Notes: a model not told the origin generated them from the letters alone. A stretch of 58,074 bases of DNA, filler included, from Platydemus manokwari (GCA_037951405.1; 5 parts of 5 records of this genome joined end to end with filler, not necessarily neighbours in it); one strand, 5' to 3'. Shown: positions 26,889 to 41,065, counted from the first letter of the whole stretch. Numbers and translations are program-made.

Positions 26889-28938
26889 CATTAATTTATT
26901 TAATAATTATGCGTATCTTCATATTTAATTAATATTATAATTAACCTTGTTTAAATAATACAATATTAATATATGAATATGATTTGTTTGATGCCTCAAT
27001 ATTTAATATTTAAACTTTAGATGTCGATCTATTGTACAATAAATGAAAATGATGTTTATTAAAATTATATTGGCATAATCTATTATTTGATTATCCAATG
27101 ATTTATAAAATTTGACAGTATTTTAGATTAATTAGAATATTCACATGGTTTTATTTTTTTCAGTAATTTTTATAAATGTCTTTGTTCTGAAATTATATTG
27201 ATTGATTGACTTAGTGGTGGTTTAACAGCATTAATACGATAATAATTCGATGAGATGCAAATACTATGAAACGAAAATGTTTGATGAAAATTCCTGAAAA
27301 TGTGTATACGAGATATTTAATACCTAATTAATAAAGAATCCATTAGGTAATTTGTTAATTTTGATTAATGTGAATTACTAATCTTATTGCAAAATTTATT
27401 TCTGAATACAAATTTTTGTGTAATTGAAAATTTAATTGAACAATTTTGAATTCATATTTGTAATTTTAGCGATCACCATGATTATTGTTAAGCTGTCATA
27501 TTTCATCTTGATAAATTATAATTTGAAATATTTGACATTTTTAATTGTTTAAAATACCAGTCGATATATTAAACAATTAATTTTGACAAAAATTTGTTCT
27601 TTAATTTTCATATTAGCTCATTTAATATTTATAGTTAACGATTTCCTATCTAAGAAATTTAGATTCAAAGGAACTTCATTGAGATTCCTTGTATTTCTTC
27701 TGTTATGACATTGATTTAAAGCTCAATCTTGATGAATATCTCGATATTTTTTTTAAAGATTCTTTCATAATAAACTTGGCTTCGTTAAAATTTAGATTTA
27801 AGTATCTGTTGTACATTTTATTTAATTTTTCTCTTATCGAAATTATTTAATACACTTGTTACAGTTTCTCTGTGGTTTATTTCCAATTTCAAATCGTGTA
27901 ATTTAATTCCATGCACTTGAGAACTAGTAGATCACGCGTTATAATTGTCAAATATATTAACTTTCTGTATGTAAATGTAAGTGATTTCATCTACAAGTTT
28001 AGGCTTTTTTGATCAATATTGTTATAACGACTGTCTAATTGTACCTAATTTTAAACAGAAACCATTATCAAAATCATTGAGTGAAAGTTATAAAAATAAT
28101 ATTATAAACAACGATGATATTCTAAACAGAAAAAGATGTAATTTGTTTCCCAATTCATAAAGGTTTTTGCTTTCAAATATCACCAAATTGTATATCTAAT
28201 TCCAAATTTAATTCTTCTGTTTTCAGCTATTACAAGACATTCGTCTTTTATTTATAAATTTACTTTAATCGATATTTTATGAAACATATTAATCAAATTG
28301 ATGATTTAATAATTGAAAATACCTCATCACTATTGTACTTATATAACTCAACGTAAATATCAATCAATTTACTCTGACAATATATGTATATTTAATAAAA
28401 GTTACAAATTTTAATAACTCAAAATCATTCATCATTTGATCGATTTTTGAATTTAATTTCGAAAATGCTGTTTCCGAATTGTCGAATTCAAATTTGATTA
28501 TAGTCTAACGTTGTCAATATCGCAGTTGTTTACCCGTTTTACTTCTTATGAGTATAAAATTTTGAATTTGTTTAAATATTTCGGAAATGTTATTTTTATA
28601 ATGATTTGAGTATATTTTATTATTAATATTATTTAATATAATAATACTGTTAATATAACCTATTTCTATTTTTATGATTAAATAATTTAAAAACCAGTCA
28701 TTATTCATTCTATCGCGTCATATAATTACTGAAATATCTTGAAAATATTACTAATCGAGTAGATGAAATGATTTTAATATCAACAATAATATAAATTGAA
28801 TAATAATCAAATTCTATCAAATAAATCGATTTTTTACCCATTTAATTATCATTAGGAACAATTGCCATTCCAGGATTTCATATAGCCAATGAAAGAAGAA
28901 TTAGAAAACACATAGATACATTAATTCTATATATTGCA

Positions 28939-29851
28939 ATGATTTATATTTCTCTTCCATTTTTAATGTTTATCTGGTCTCTTATAATTTTGTTTAGTGA
29001 TATCAATGCTGATTCAGTTTACCGTGCCGTGAATTCTTGTCTGTTCAATTCTCTACAATCAATATTTATGACTTCACGGATACACTGTGCACTGAGATGT
29101 GACTTGGCTGACTGCAAAGCATTTAAATTCGATAAAAATCAATCAATGTGTCAACTGTATTCATTTCATGAAATTTGTCAATCCAATACTGCATGTCTAA
29201 ATGTGACGATATTTATCAATAATCGATACAATAGTTTGGTTAGTTGTAATTTATTTTCTTCCTAATGCTTGATTTATATTTTAGTTTGAAGGAGATTCAA
29301 CTAGCGCATCTTTTCAATTACTGAAAGGGATAACGTGTTTAAATGGCGGTGGAAACCCATCGGTATTTAAAATTATAAATCGGACTCGAGCTATTCCAAT
29401 CTTGAAAGGAACGCGAAACATGACCATTATAGCCACTGGCGAATATATGAATAGCAGATTGATTATTCTGCCGAAAACTGAGTGGGTTAGTGATGAGTTT
29501 AAAATAAATTACTCATTTTTGCGAACGAAATTTTTAAACTATTTAACCCGTGGTAAATGTATCGATTACGCTTATTGTTATCATCCAATCAAAGATTATA
29601 GGAAGCACATTGGAAACTCAAATCTCGTTTTTGGAATTCATTATAGATCAAAATTCGATCTGAAAGATTTAATGAAATACGTCTCGATGAAAAGCTGGAA
29701 CTTTATTGTTGCTGGCACATTCTGGGGTAAACCAGCACCAACAGCTTTAAAGCAATTGGTCAACTATTATGGAATTGCCATAATTGTGCGGAGTGACAGA
29801 TCTGATTGGATGATTAAAGGAAATATCTGTCGAAATGACACAATATATTAA
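28939..29851 (+). CDS. Predicted secreted ~288-aa protein with an N-terminal PAN/Apple-like domain; exons 28939-29238 and 29285-29851
   Basis: Hydrophobic signal-peptide-like start (MIYISLPFLMFIWSLIILFSDINA). SRIHCALRCDLADCKAFKFDKNQSMCQLY fits the PAN pattern CxxxC...CxxFxF...CxL. The 46-nt intron 29239-29284 (gttagt...ttttag) fuses both ORFs in frame. Confidence 0.8.
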
Positions 29852-31974
29852 AACATCAGCCAGCATTGATATTTAATGACAGTTTAGTGGCATGATTATT
29901 ATAATTAGAATATAATGATTATATATTATGTTTATATTTTATGATTATACATAATATCAAATATATTTATTATTCATAATTTTATCTTGCTTCATTATAT
30001 CAATTAATTATTATTAATAAAATTAAACTTGAAAATGTGCTCAATTTGATTTAAAATCACTTATTTCTTGACCAAAAAATTGGGATTGCACAATTTATTT
30101 GAATTTTTAATTGTTTTCTTTACTAATATTGATTATATATTTTTATTCAAATCTCGTGAACATCACAATAATAATATTGATAAACATAAACATGCACACT
30201 TCTTTTTTAAACATGATATTCTCAATATATCTTATAAAACCATAATGGACAGAAGAAACAAAAAATCCACCGTTTAAATCTTATTTGGGGTTGGCATTAA
30301 TTGCAAAGTGATTTACAGAAAATGATATTATACTTTTGAATGACATTATTGAGAGAAAAGAGTAAAGTAAACGTTTCTCACTTATTATCATATTATTTAT
30401 ATATGTTATCATTTTTAATGTTTTTGAGTAACATCACAAATATCCTATTCTTATTCATCTCAATAACAAAAAATTACCGTATTTCTTATGTAATTTACTA
30501 ATGGTTCAGTTATAGCTTTTATCAAATTTTATTGACTGTTTATGTCTCATCAATTTCAATGGTTCTGAGAAATATGGGTAATGATCACACTCTGTGTTAG
30601 TTCTCTTTTCATCTGTATCACAATATGTCCAGATAGCACTTCAATATATAAGAGCGATTATAAATACAAAAAAATATTCATTCACAAAAAAGGTGTCAAA
30701 ATTAAAAACCCGATTCATAATATAATTTTATGTCAATTTTATTTGAAATAAACAAAAATTTGGGCACCATGGGATCCTAAAATGATAGAATTTTAATGGC
30801 ATCATTTATTGAATTAATAATTTACCTTATAATTTATTGAATAAAAGTAGTGATAATAAAATTCTTTTTATTTAATAATTTATACAATTAGAACCAAAAT
30901 GTTTTTTGTCAAATACCACTAATAATATACTCATTAGTTCTCTTTTAATAGAGATATTTGTAATGAATTATTTAAAGTAATCCATAATATGTAAATTTGT
31001 GAAATAAAATCGGTTAAACACAATTTCATCAATATCATATAATGAGAAACAAACAAGTAACTTTAACCGTTAATATTAATTATTAAAAACGATCTGTAGA
31101 CAACATTTTTCAGTTTCGTTATTTTTAATCAAATATAGTATATTTCAAGTGAAACATTAGATAAAATTATTTTATCACACAATGACATGAATTTCCAATA
31201 TGATATTTTGATTAACTTGGCAACATTCAATATTATCAATATAAATAATTCTAGTGATGATGACGAAGATTATTTATTATGAAATTAAAATTATTTTTTC
31301 CAGACTGAAGAATAAAAAGAATAATAATTCTGTGTTGCGAATTTATTTAATAAAACAAACAAGGTTTTGAAAATGACTAAATTATGTTAATATGACATGT
31401 GACTGTATTTATTTATTATCGTATAGTATAACGATTTTTTATACAAAATTTAAAAATCTGTTTTTGGATTTTCTTTTTTCATAACATTTTCTAAGTTTAA
31501 AGGATTTATGTACCAAATCTCATAAATTATGAATAAAGTAAGTAAAACTGATAGATAAATGACTTCAAAATTAATAACAAAGATAAACAAATGCTTTTCA
31601 AACTAGTAATTATATAATAATACTCTTGTTGAATGATCTAATGAGTGAGCAATTAAATAATAAATGAAGACCAAATCAAAAACTAAAGGTCTGTGGTAAA
31701 TTTTGTTCTTACTTTGTTAAATAAACTGGTTTTGAAAATCTTCAACGAGTATGTGTAAAAATGTAAAGGAAATAACAAAAATAGTTATACCAATTATAGA
31801 CATCAAACACCAATTCATTTTATAATTATTATCGATATAGAATGTATGAATATTCCAAAAGAAGAACAAAAAGTTAAAGCAACAAAAGTTATAGGCAATC
31901 AGATACCTTCCTGTGTTTTTTAAAATTAATATTAAGATATCCCTAACTCTAATAGAAAATGAAAACAAATTGTT

Positions 31975-32664
31975 TCAAAGTGCAAATTGTATAAAAGAAT
32001 TTGTTCAGTAGGTAATGAGAATAATTTCACTTTATAACTAAAAGCAAAATTAGAAGTTGGTTTTGAACTGTAATAATTCTACTCATTGTATTTATTCTGA
32101 AAATGAATTTAAAAAAATAAATATTTATGACCCAACGTTATCCACATGGCATAATCTAAGATTAGCAATTGACCCAGAAATTTAAATTTAGAGATCATGA
32201 TCATTATTTAAAAGAAAACAATTATAGAGTTGCTGCACGTGAAGAACTAATTTCAGATCTAATTATATAAATCAAAAAAGTTTATATCCTAGTCATTATG
32301 TTTCATACCCTTCATTAACATGGGAATCAGGATTAAAAGAAACTAATATAAACTTAGGATTTACTTACAGATCAAACATTGTTTGAGATGAACGACAAAG
32401 GAAAAAGAAGGGGCGTCATCGGTAATGAGTAAAAGATATGTTAGGGTTAATAATAAATATACTAATCCTGGATGTGGAAACTATAAAATAATTGATAAAT
32501 ATGAAGCAAAGAAATTATTAGAAATTATGAATAATAAAAAAATAATACCACCAGAAACATTTGATAAGATTTATTTAATGTATATTGATGCCAATTTATA
32601 TCGTTGGCCATTGAGTCAACCATTACCCCTTAAAATTTTAAATGAGTTCATTAAGAAGACTTAA
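31975..32664 (+). pseudogene. Polinton/Maverick (adintovirus-like) protein-primed DNA polymerase B remnant, internally deleted
   Basis: RDHDH...NYRVAA (32190-32240; cf. VRDHCHxTGxYRGAAH), LYPSHYVSYPSLTWESGLK (32282-32338; cf. LDPxHYxTxPxLSWDAMLK), KRYVRVNNKY, and YIDANLYRWPLSQPLP (32581-32628; cf. motif A YxDANNLYGWAMSQPLP). Stops and frameshifts are present. Confidence 0.85.
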
Positions 32665-32774
32665 ATAAAGTAAATAATAAATTATATGAAAACAATTCAC
32701 TGGGTGAAGACTCCGTCAATTCTGATGATGTAAGCGAAGAAATTAAATATAAAAAGTTGCATGATGGAGATTTA

Positions 32775-33575
32775 CTACCTCAAGAATTGCATCATGAATA
32801 TAAAAAATATAAGACATTTTTAATAGTTAAAAAATTTTCTAAAGATAATACTCATAGTGCAGATTTAGTTATAATGCCCAAAAATCTACATAAGGATTTA
32901 TATATTTTTTAGTTGTTATTGATTTATACACAAGATATGGTTGGTATGTTCACTTGAAGGATAAAAAACAAGAATATTTGGTGGAAGCCTTTGAAAGTTA
33001 TTTTGAAAAAGACCAAAGAATTCCAAAATATATTTGGTTTAATAAAGAATCTGGAATTAAAAGTAAATTTTTTAAAAAAATATTGTGATGAAAATAAATT
33101 CATATTATATCATACCGAAAATGAAAGTGAAGTCGTTTTTGCAGAAAGATTTATTAGAACTTTGAAAAATATTATGTGGAAACATTTTATGGCTGAGGGG
33201 AATCAAAAATGGAATAATAATTTATTGCAAAGTGTTGTTAATAAATATAATAATAAAATTAATAATGTTATTAATAAATATTATATTATAATAGCCCTAT
33301 TGAAGCAAGTTAAATTCCTGAAATAATTAAATAAATTGAAGAATGTAATAATTTTAATTATAATAATTTAAATGCTAAATTAAAATATAAAGTTTTAGAT
33401 AGGTGAGAATTTTCAAATATAAAAATAAATTTGAAAAAGGATATACCACAAAATATTCAAAATAACTCTTCATTATTAAAGATGTTTGCAAAAACAAACC
33501 CATTACTTAAATTAATTGATTTAAGGGGGGAAATATTCGGGAGATTTTATATTAACGAGTTGATTAAAACACAAT
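32775..33575 (+). pseudogene. Polinton/adintovirus-type retroviral-like (rve) integrase remnant
   Basis: QELHH...ADLVIMP, VVIDLYTRYGWYVHLKDKK, AERFIRTLKNIMWKHF...KW...VVNKYNN, FKYKNKFEKGYT and FYINELIKT occur in the canonical order of Polinton integrases. Frameshifted. Confidence 0.85.
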
Positions 33576-33591
33576 TGTTAATTTTAATTCA

Positions 33592-33662
33592 ATTTGAGTG
33601 AGTTGGTCGTCACTGTGATATATTTAAAATAATCTAGTTGTGGTTCAAATCCCAACTCAGAT
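33592..33662 (+). other. Degenerate tRNA-like sequence (tRNA pseudogene or SINE head)
   Basis: 71 nt. A-box-like TGAGTGAGTTGG and B-box GGTTCAAATCCC. The ends ATTTGAGT and ACTCAGAT can pair, but the anticodon arm is not intact. Confidence 0.4.
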
Positions 33663-36600
33663 AAATTTTCTATACGTTGATTTTTAATAATAATTGATGA
33701 ACCTGGTAAAATAAACATCGTGGATTTAAAATCTGTTTGAATTGGATGGATATTCGCAACGTTAAACAAGTTTGAAGTTTAAACAAGAAATAATTAATTT
33801 TAAATGATTATTTACTATTAGAAGTAACTATTTTAAGAATAAGTAATTTATATAATTTTATAATTTTCATATAAATTTGTAAGCCAATATAAAAAATGAA
33901 TTGTCAACTAAAATAAAGACAATAAAAAGAGTTTTTATATTTCGTTCGTGGTTTTTAATCATTTGTATCTTGCTAGCAATTCTTAATATAAAAATAAATA
34001 ATTTTTATTTGAATTGCATTACTTTTAAAAACTAAACCAGTGTAATAAATATTTTTAAACATTAATTTTAGACATTCAAATATATAACTAAAATTATAAA
34101 TTGAACCTCAATTTAATGACTGAGTTATTATTTATAGTAATTAATAAATGTTCACTTGGATATAATTCTTAATAATTTAAAAATAAATACAAAGGTTTGT
34201 TTTATCTTAATAAAATGTTAGAAAGATTTAGCGCAAATCACCATTATTCTCTTGTGTTTTCTGTTTCTCGGACGCAATTTGAAATATTAACAAGACACTA
34301 TTAATTATTTGTAAATTTACAGGTTGAATGAATGATAACTAATAGGACGAATAATTTTAAACTACTGACAAGTATGTTTTTATAATTTTATTAGTTACTT
34401 TTAGAGTCCTAAGGATTTCTTGTAAAGCTTTTATTTTTAAACTTTATTTTCGTTTAATAATCATGTATATATTTAATGTTTATTGTATGCGGTTCATCAT
34501 CCATTAACATCAATATCATTAATATTAGATTGTCCATGAGACATCATTCTAAATCTGCCATCATATATGCTCTCAATTTTAACTATTTCTTTGTGCATGA
34601 TGGTGGAAGATATTAGTGAAGTCGATTATAAAATTATTTAATTTCGAAATGTTTTATTACAATAAAAATATTAAATAATCAGACAATGTTATAGGACATT
34701 TACTAATTGATGCTCTTTTGATTCCAAAGGCTAACTACTATTAAGAATTCTAGCAATAAACAGCTTTTCTGTATTTTGCATTTTTACATCTTTGATTTTC
34801 TCATTTTAGCGATGTTATCTTTAATGTACATTAAAAGCAGCTTATATGTGTTATAGTCTGCTAATTATTGATAGTTTTTCTTTGCCTTTTTGCTGCGAGT
34901 TCCTTTAATGTTTTTTTTATAATAAGATTTAAACTGACAACCAATTCATAGCTTATTTAGTGTTATTTATAATTGTTAATTTTCTATTGTCGTTGGATCT
35001 TTCAAATGAAAATTCATATATTATAAATAAAGCTTTTCAATTTTATAACGAAACTACTGTGTCTTACATTTTTGTTTAACTGAGTATGGGGTTCATATTC
35101 CTGAATTGGTAGTGTTGAAGAGTTTACGCCTACCAATTGTTTTTTTGATCTGGTTTCTGGTTTTGGTATTTTAAATTGATTACTTTGAAACTGATATAAG
35201 ATCCATTATTGTTGACGCATACACTGCATGTAATACTGTGGAATTTTGAAATAACATTACTTCTAAATGCTGAGGTTGTTTTAAGCATAAAATCTATTTA
35301 ATTGAATTAATTTTATGATATCTCCTTGGTTCGATGTACTTTATGTGTCATCAAATTAATTAAGTGCTGAATCAATTTTTATGTAAATTATGCAACACTC
35401 TAGATTTTTAGAACTCACAGTTAATTTGATTTCTTTAGTTATTATTGAATCATATTCCTTGGCCTGATTTATATTTAATTCATATTATAAGTATGTGTGT
35501 AGGTCTTTTATGCGTTTTATTGAAATAGAAATTTCTACATCTTATATGGGATGCTTTATTTAGATGTTAATCGTTATCAGAATCAACAAAAAATTTATTA
35601 GCTATTTGTAATGAACTTAATTTTAGAACAATGGATGGGCTAGGTGTTTTAGGAATAAATTTAAATTTTCACGAGTATACACAAATTCTGATTTTAGACA
35701 TTTCCAAAAGCTTTCTATAACTTACCATAAAGTTTAAAATATGACAAATATTACAGATACTATAATGCGTCTTATAGGTAACGTTTCTTTGGGTTTGAAA
35801 ACAAAATGGTATTTGTTTCTTTATCAATGACGAAAACCATTGTGATGAAACAATTTTGCTTTATCTTAATCATATAAATCAAAGCGGCTTTATAATGTTG
35901 CTTTTGTTACGACTTAATTATTAAATTGTGGGAATTATTGATTTCGTTGCGATCAATGCTTGCAATTAAATAGGTAACTGTGCTTGTGTTACTGAGCGCA
36001 TGGTAAAATATCATATTGTAGATGATCTTTTTAATGTTAGTGTTGGTGCTTAAAAAATGATGTTTATCTACGTGTTTGATAAGTCTTCACGTTTGATTTG
36101 GAGGTCAAGAGGTTTATCAGATTTTTGTGCAGCTTCAGATACTTTTGTTTTTCATTGCTATTGTGGGTTTGGTGTAGTTACGTTTTTCATTGAAAATTAT
36201 ATTTTATTTATGCATAGATTTTATTATATTTTTGGATTTTATCTTTATTATTTATATTTTGATTTTATTGTTTAAAACTTTCTTTTTTCTTAATAAATAA
36301 CTTTCATAGTATTTACAATTATCATTAAGCATTTTAGATTTTCATAATTTAGAGATAAAGACTACATGATGTCAAGATTAAATATGTAATTGTTGCTGTG
36401 CGCAATATTTGTCGGTGTACAATTGATGTATAAAACAATAATGATAGGAGTGATAACAATTAGGTTCATATATAAAATGAGTTGATCTTAAACCATGCTT
36501 CAAATAATGGAAATAATCAATTACCTGAGTATAACAATTAATAACTGAAGTAATGAATTGACAACTGGATTATTCCGCGACGGTACACTTTAGGGGTCAC

Positions 36601-37253
36601 TAACTCGGTATATGAGAGGCTGTGAAAATTTATATGTTGACAAAATTTTATAAATAGAAGTATTAATATATTAATTACTTTAATGTAATTATTTGTTAAA
36701 CCCTGTTTCATGTATTATACAAATGATTTAGCTCTGTTAAATAAATATTATCAGTATAATAAAGTATCTGTGTTTGATCATCTTCGACTGTTAAATTTAA
36801 CAAACCGTAAAATGTGAAAGCCAAAATTAATTAATTTAAATTACAAAAAGTGAACTAAGAAAATATCATGAACAAATAAAATATTATAGTAATCTATAAT
36901 TCAATAGAATTTAACACAATGGAAGAAACAAATACTATATTTAATTACGAAATTGCACTTACAACTAATAATTTTAAAGTCAGTGTATAAAAGACTGTTG
37001 ATTCTTAAGACTAAAGGAAACATTTTTAGGATGTTTTGAAATAAACAGCAACGGCTCCTGTCGAAGATATGCTAATGTTTTTGAAATTTTATGCTAAGCC
37101 TTCTAATAAGAGTACTGGATGCTAAGAGTTTTGTGCTTATCTGGTACCTCGCAACTTATTTTATTAATTATTTTATAGATGATTTATTGGTAACTTTTAT
37201 TAATCTAACTTATTGTAAATTTCTTTCATTTGTATTGTTATTTAATTGTTATA

Positions 37254-37353
37254 NNNNNNNNNNNNNNNNNNNNNNNNNNNNNNNNNNNNNNNNNNNNTTA
37301 ATTAATTAANNNNNNNNNNNNNNNNNNNNNNNNNNNNNNNNNNNNNNNNNNNN
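37254..37353. other. Artificial contig-joining spacer
   Basis: N44-TTAATTAATTAA-N44. Confidence 0.97.
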
Positions 37354-38461
37354 TGTTTCAAGTATGTCTATAATTAATTATGAAAAATAGTCTCATTTTA
37401 TGTTGTTTTAAAAATATGCTAGATATTGGTTTATTTATTTTTAATTTATTTTGTTTTTACTTTTTTCGTGATAAATAATCCATGGATTGAAAATAATTGA
37501 CAAAGTCGAAAACAAAATTCAACTAAAGAAATCGAAGTATATATCATAAAGAAAATACGGTAGTTATTTGTTTACATTGATAGAAATATTTAATTTTGTT
37601 TAATAATTTTATTTTTATTAGTAATTTCTTAATTATAAGATTGAGAATAATCTGTTGGGTTCTGGTATACATATTAATATGTATCTACTCAACAGCGTAA
37701 GAACTTGGAAATTGTGTCTAAGATTCATTAGAAAATAATTATGAATAATACCTACCAATTTATTTATTAGTCTCAGTCTCAATTAATCCCTGTGACATAT
37801 AACCAACTTATTATGTATTGAAACAGAACATAAGTAAATGCAAAAGATTTAAGCAAGCAAATATTCACAATGTCTTGTTCAGACTTGAATATTAAAAAAG
37901 AAGGCCATCTTACCGAGAACGTAAGAACCAGTGTGATTTATATAATTTTAAACATGGGGATTTTATAATATGAATACACTAAATTCAAAAGGGAGATCTC
38001 TCGAGCTATTATTACCAATATATTACTTCAAATGATACTTATCCGATTCGCCTAAAATTCCTTAAACGAATTTCCAAATCACAATTTTTAGCTCTCGAAA
38101 ATTTGACAGAGTGATTCTAAGGAACGATTAAATTCCAATTTTTAGTTTTAGATTTTCAGAAATTTCACTTCAATTTTTCACTGGTATTTGTTAGTCTTTC
38201 TGTCATGAGATTTATACCAGTTTTTTGACTTAAATTCTTGTGAAATGTTTTATTTGCTTGATTTTCTGTTTATCAAAATAAAAATGATTAATGTCGTTCA
38301 TGGTCTATTATTTATTTATTCTTATATTTCTATGATTAATTATGTATAATTAATTTAATCATGCGAACTTTTTAAATCGCTTCGATGTCCTTTTATCAAA
38401 TATAAATAATTTATTTTTACTCTTGAAAAAATGGTTGTTAATTGATTTTCCTCTTTCCTTC

Positions 38462-39030
38462 CAGTCAAACCCCGATTTAGTGTACCAATTTTGACGAAGT
38501 GATCCAAAACATGGGAGTGCCCTAGAACCCGAGAGTAAACATTAAATAAGGACTTTAGATGTAAAATAAATAAGTTTCATGATAAAAGCATTAATTTATA
38601 ATCATAAAATCGGTAATTTTTATTTCGCAAGCTTTTCTAATATCATTCAAAAGCTTTTTTCTGAATGCATAAAAATTTTTAAAGAATCTGAACTAAATAT
38701 TATAATATTTTCCTCTAATTTTTCCAATCGTTTTAAAAGGTCTAAAGTTTCAACATCGTTAATAATCTCTTCGCCATTTTAAAATTGAATGTTTTCAATC
38801 CCATAAAGATTTCCAACTGTTTCTTCTATTACTTCATTAATATTTTCTTCATCTTCATCCTTTATAGTGTCAGCAAGGTCGGATTTACGATATTCATTTA
38901 TTTTATTCCAACCATTTTTTATGGTTTTCACTCTTAACATTTCCAAAGCCTCTGAAATTATAATAATAGTTTGGTGTATATTTAATTTTGAAAGAAGATT
39001 CAATGATTCTGAATCATTAAGAAAAAAAAT
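38462..39030 (-). mobile_element. pogo/Tigger-like DNA transposon 3' remnant
   Basis: LSKLNIHQTIIIISEALEMLRVKTIKNGWNK matches the post-DDE helix of Tigger transposases (xNIxxAIxxIxxAWxxVxxxTIxNxWxK), followed by an acidic tail. A terminus-like CAGTCAAACCCCGATTTA lies at 38462. Confidence 0.65.
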
Positions 39031-39289
39031 TCGTGAGTGTATTTATATAATCACAAAGAATCACAGGCTCAACTTGTCGGTAATTACAACGAAAAATCGC
39101 ACTTACAACACCTGAAAGATGAATACAGAAGAGAAGATAACCAAGAATACTGGCTGTCAGAAAAATCACGCAAAAATCACAGAACAGAATGAAAGTTACC
39201 GACCAAAAAGACTGACTAGCAGTTTCTCCTGAAATTCAACTCTTTTAATAGGCTTATCGTGTGTGTCTACTTGGTGTCCGGAGCTTCGC

Positions 39290-39540
39290 TTTTCATTTGA
39301 TAAATTCGATACATCGATATGTTAGCAATTCCTCTTACACATCTTGTACCATTGGGGAATATTGGTGTTTGTTGCCATTCTTTGGTATTATTGACTTCCA
39401 AATGTGGATTGATATATAGAAGAAATCTGATTGGCTATTGGCGCTTATTGAATCTGCGTATCAATCTTTTGAAGGTTATTTCCAAGGTTTCCGTCAACAT
39501 TTTGGTTGTCTTTGTGACCTAACCGACACTATAAAGCTCT
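39290..39540 (-). mobile_element. Possible Penelope-like GIY-YIG remnant
   Basis: Fragmentary SA-IAN...NPH-like segment followed by a promoter/pLTR-like region (39050-39270). Heavily degraded. Confidence 0.25.
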
Positions 39541-40458
39541 AAATAAGAACATTCTCGGCGATGTATCATTGAATGAAAATTTGGGTTTTCTATAGCCTAT
39601 TCCAGATCTACCAGTCACCCTTATAGATAATCTAGGAAATCTAAAGATTAAATAAAAACAATTTAATAATTTTTACAATATTAACATCCACAATTTGACA
39701 TCGCATAGCTTTAGTATCTGAAACTAACTTCATTTTGTCATAGAAAGCATTGTTTATGTTTATACGAAAGATATTATCATTGCGTATAAGTAGTTCCTGA
39801 ATGTTAACGTAAATTTATATTTAGAATATTCTATTAAAATAAATGATTCACCTAATACGGAATAGTGATAAAGTTTAGTGAAATAATAGAAAACTAATAG
39901 AAAAATAATAGAAAGAAATGGAAATATATGAGAAGATTGCAAACAATACTAAAATCGCAATATTGTGTCTTTGAAGGCATTTAATATTATTTCTGGACGA
40001 AAGAACATCCATAATGTGTTTTTAATTATTTTGAAATTCATCTTTCAAATTTCTGTGCTTATATGAACGCAGATGTTTATTATCTAATTGGGACCGGTTT
40101 TAAAAGGCAATGTGTTAATTCCTTAATTTGTCCAATCTTATTGATATTTTTACCAACTATTTTAAATATGGATATCAAACTGTGCGTATTAAGTCTGACC
40201 CGTGGCTGTAGTGATCTCCTCATGAATTTGCTAATACGTTTTTATGCTTTCTCTGTTGAAATTCCAGAATTTGATGTTAAAGAAGAATATATCAAGAAGG
40301 TAAATCGTTTCCAGAAAAAAATGGATAAAACATACTTTGTGGTTTTTGTATTTGGGCAATGTGTATCAGTAATGAAAAAATGAATTGATGGAAAATATAC
40401 ATGAAAATTATATTTTTTATGTTTTAAATAATTTTTCATTTAAAATTATTAAAGGTAG

Positions 40459-41065
40459 GGCTTAAGTTAAGAAAAAGGGTCTTTTCACCCACTTAAATAA
40501 TAATGAATTTGCGCTCATGAGATAATTTTATAACTTAATTGTATATATAATTGAGATGTTTGATTTATTCTTACAATTCAGTTAATATCTCATTTTATAA
40601 AATGACAAATAGTGACAAAACATTGTTTTTAAATCAAGTTCTCATTGTAATCACAACACTACATGATTTATTGATTTTGTAATTTAAATTTATTTAATTA
40701 TAAATGAATTTAGGAAACTCCTGACATGTTTAATAATCTAATATTACTTGTCTTTATAAAATAATTGTAAAAATTTAAATCATACCTCAGTCTACTTCTA
40801 ATATTAAAAAAAGGTCCTCGCTAATTTTCAATAAATTGTAATTAGACCAAGTTTGATCCATTGGGTAAATAATCAAATTCTAGGAGAATTTGAAGCTCTA
40901 ATCTATTTAATATTTGATTTCAAACAACTAATATTTTTCATAAGTACTTAAATAAACAATTCGAAATATTCTAAAATAATATAATTAAATAAACTATATA
41001 GATTTTTTCAATGCACTCATGAAATTTTAAATTTTATTTTAGGACCCCTTTTCTTAACTTTAGCC
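40459..41065. mobile_element. 607-bp non-autonomous TIR element (MULE- or Merlin-like)
   Basis: TIRs GGCTTAAGTTAAGAAAAAGGGTC and the reverse complement GGCTAAAGTTAAGAAAAGGGGTC match at 21/23. Flanks AAAGGTAG and ACAAGTAG match at 6/8, a possible decayed TSD. A homologous copy lies at 56001-56460. Confidence 0.7.

Noticed and set aside
27600-28300. Faint integrase-like fragments on the minus strand
   Set aside because: Too degraded to call without a profile search.
32715-32750. CTGATGA...GAA hammerhead-like core (similar checks at about 9694, 9944, 41426 and 53220)
   Set aside because: No stem II/III with GAAA and NUH geometry could be formed.
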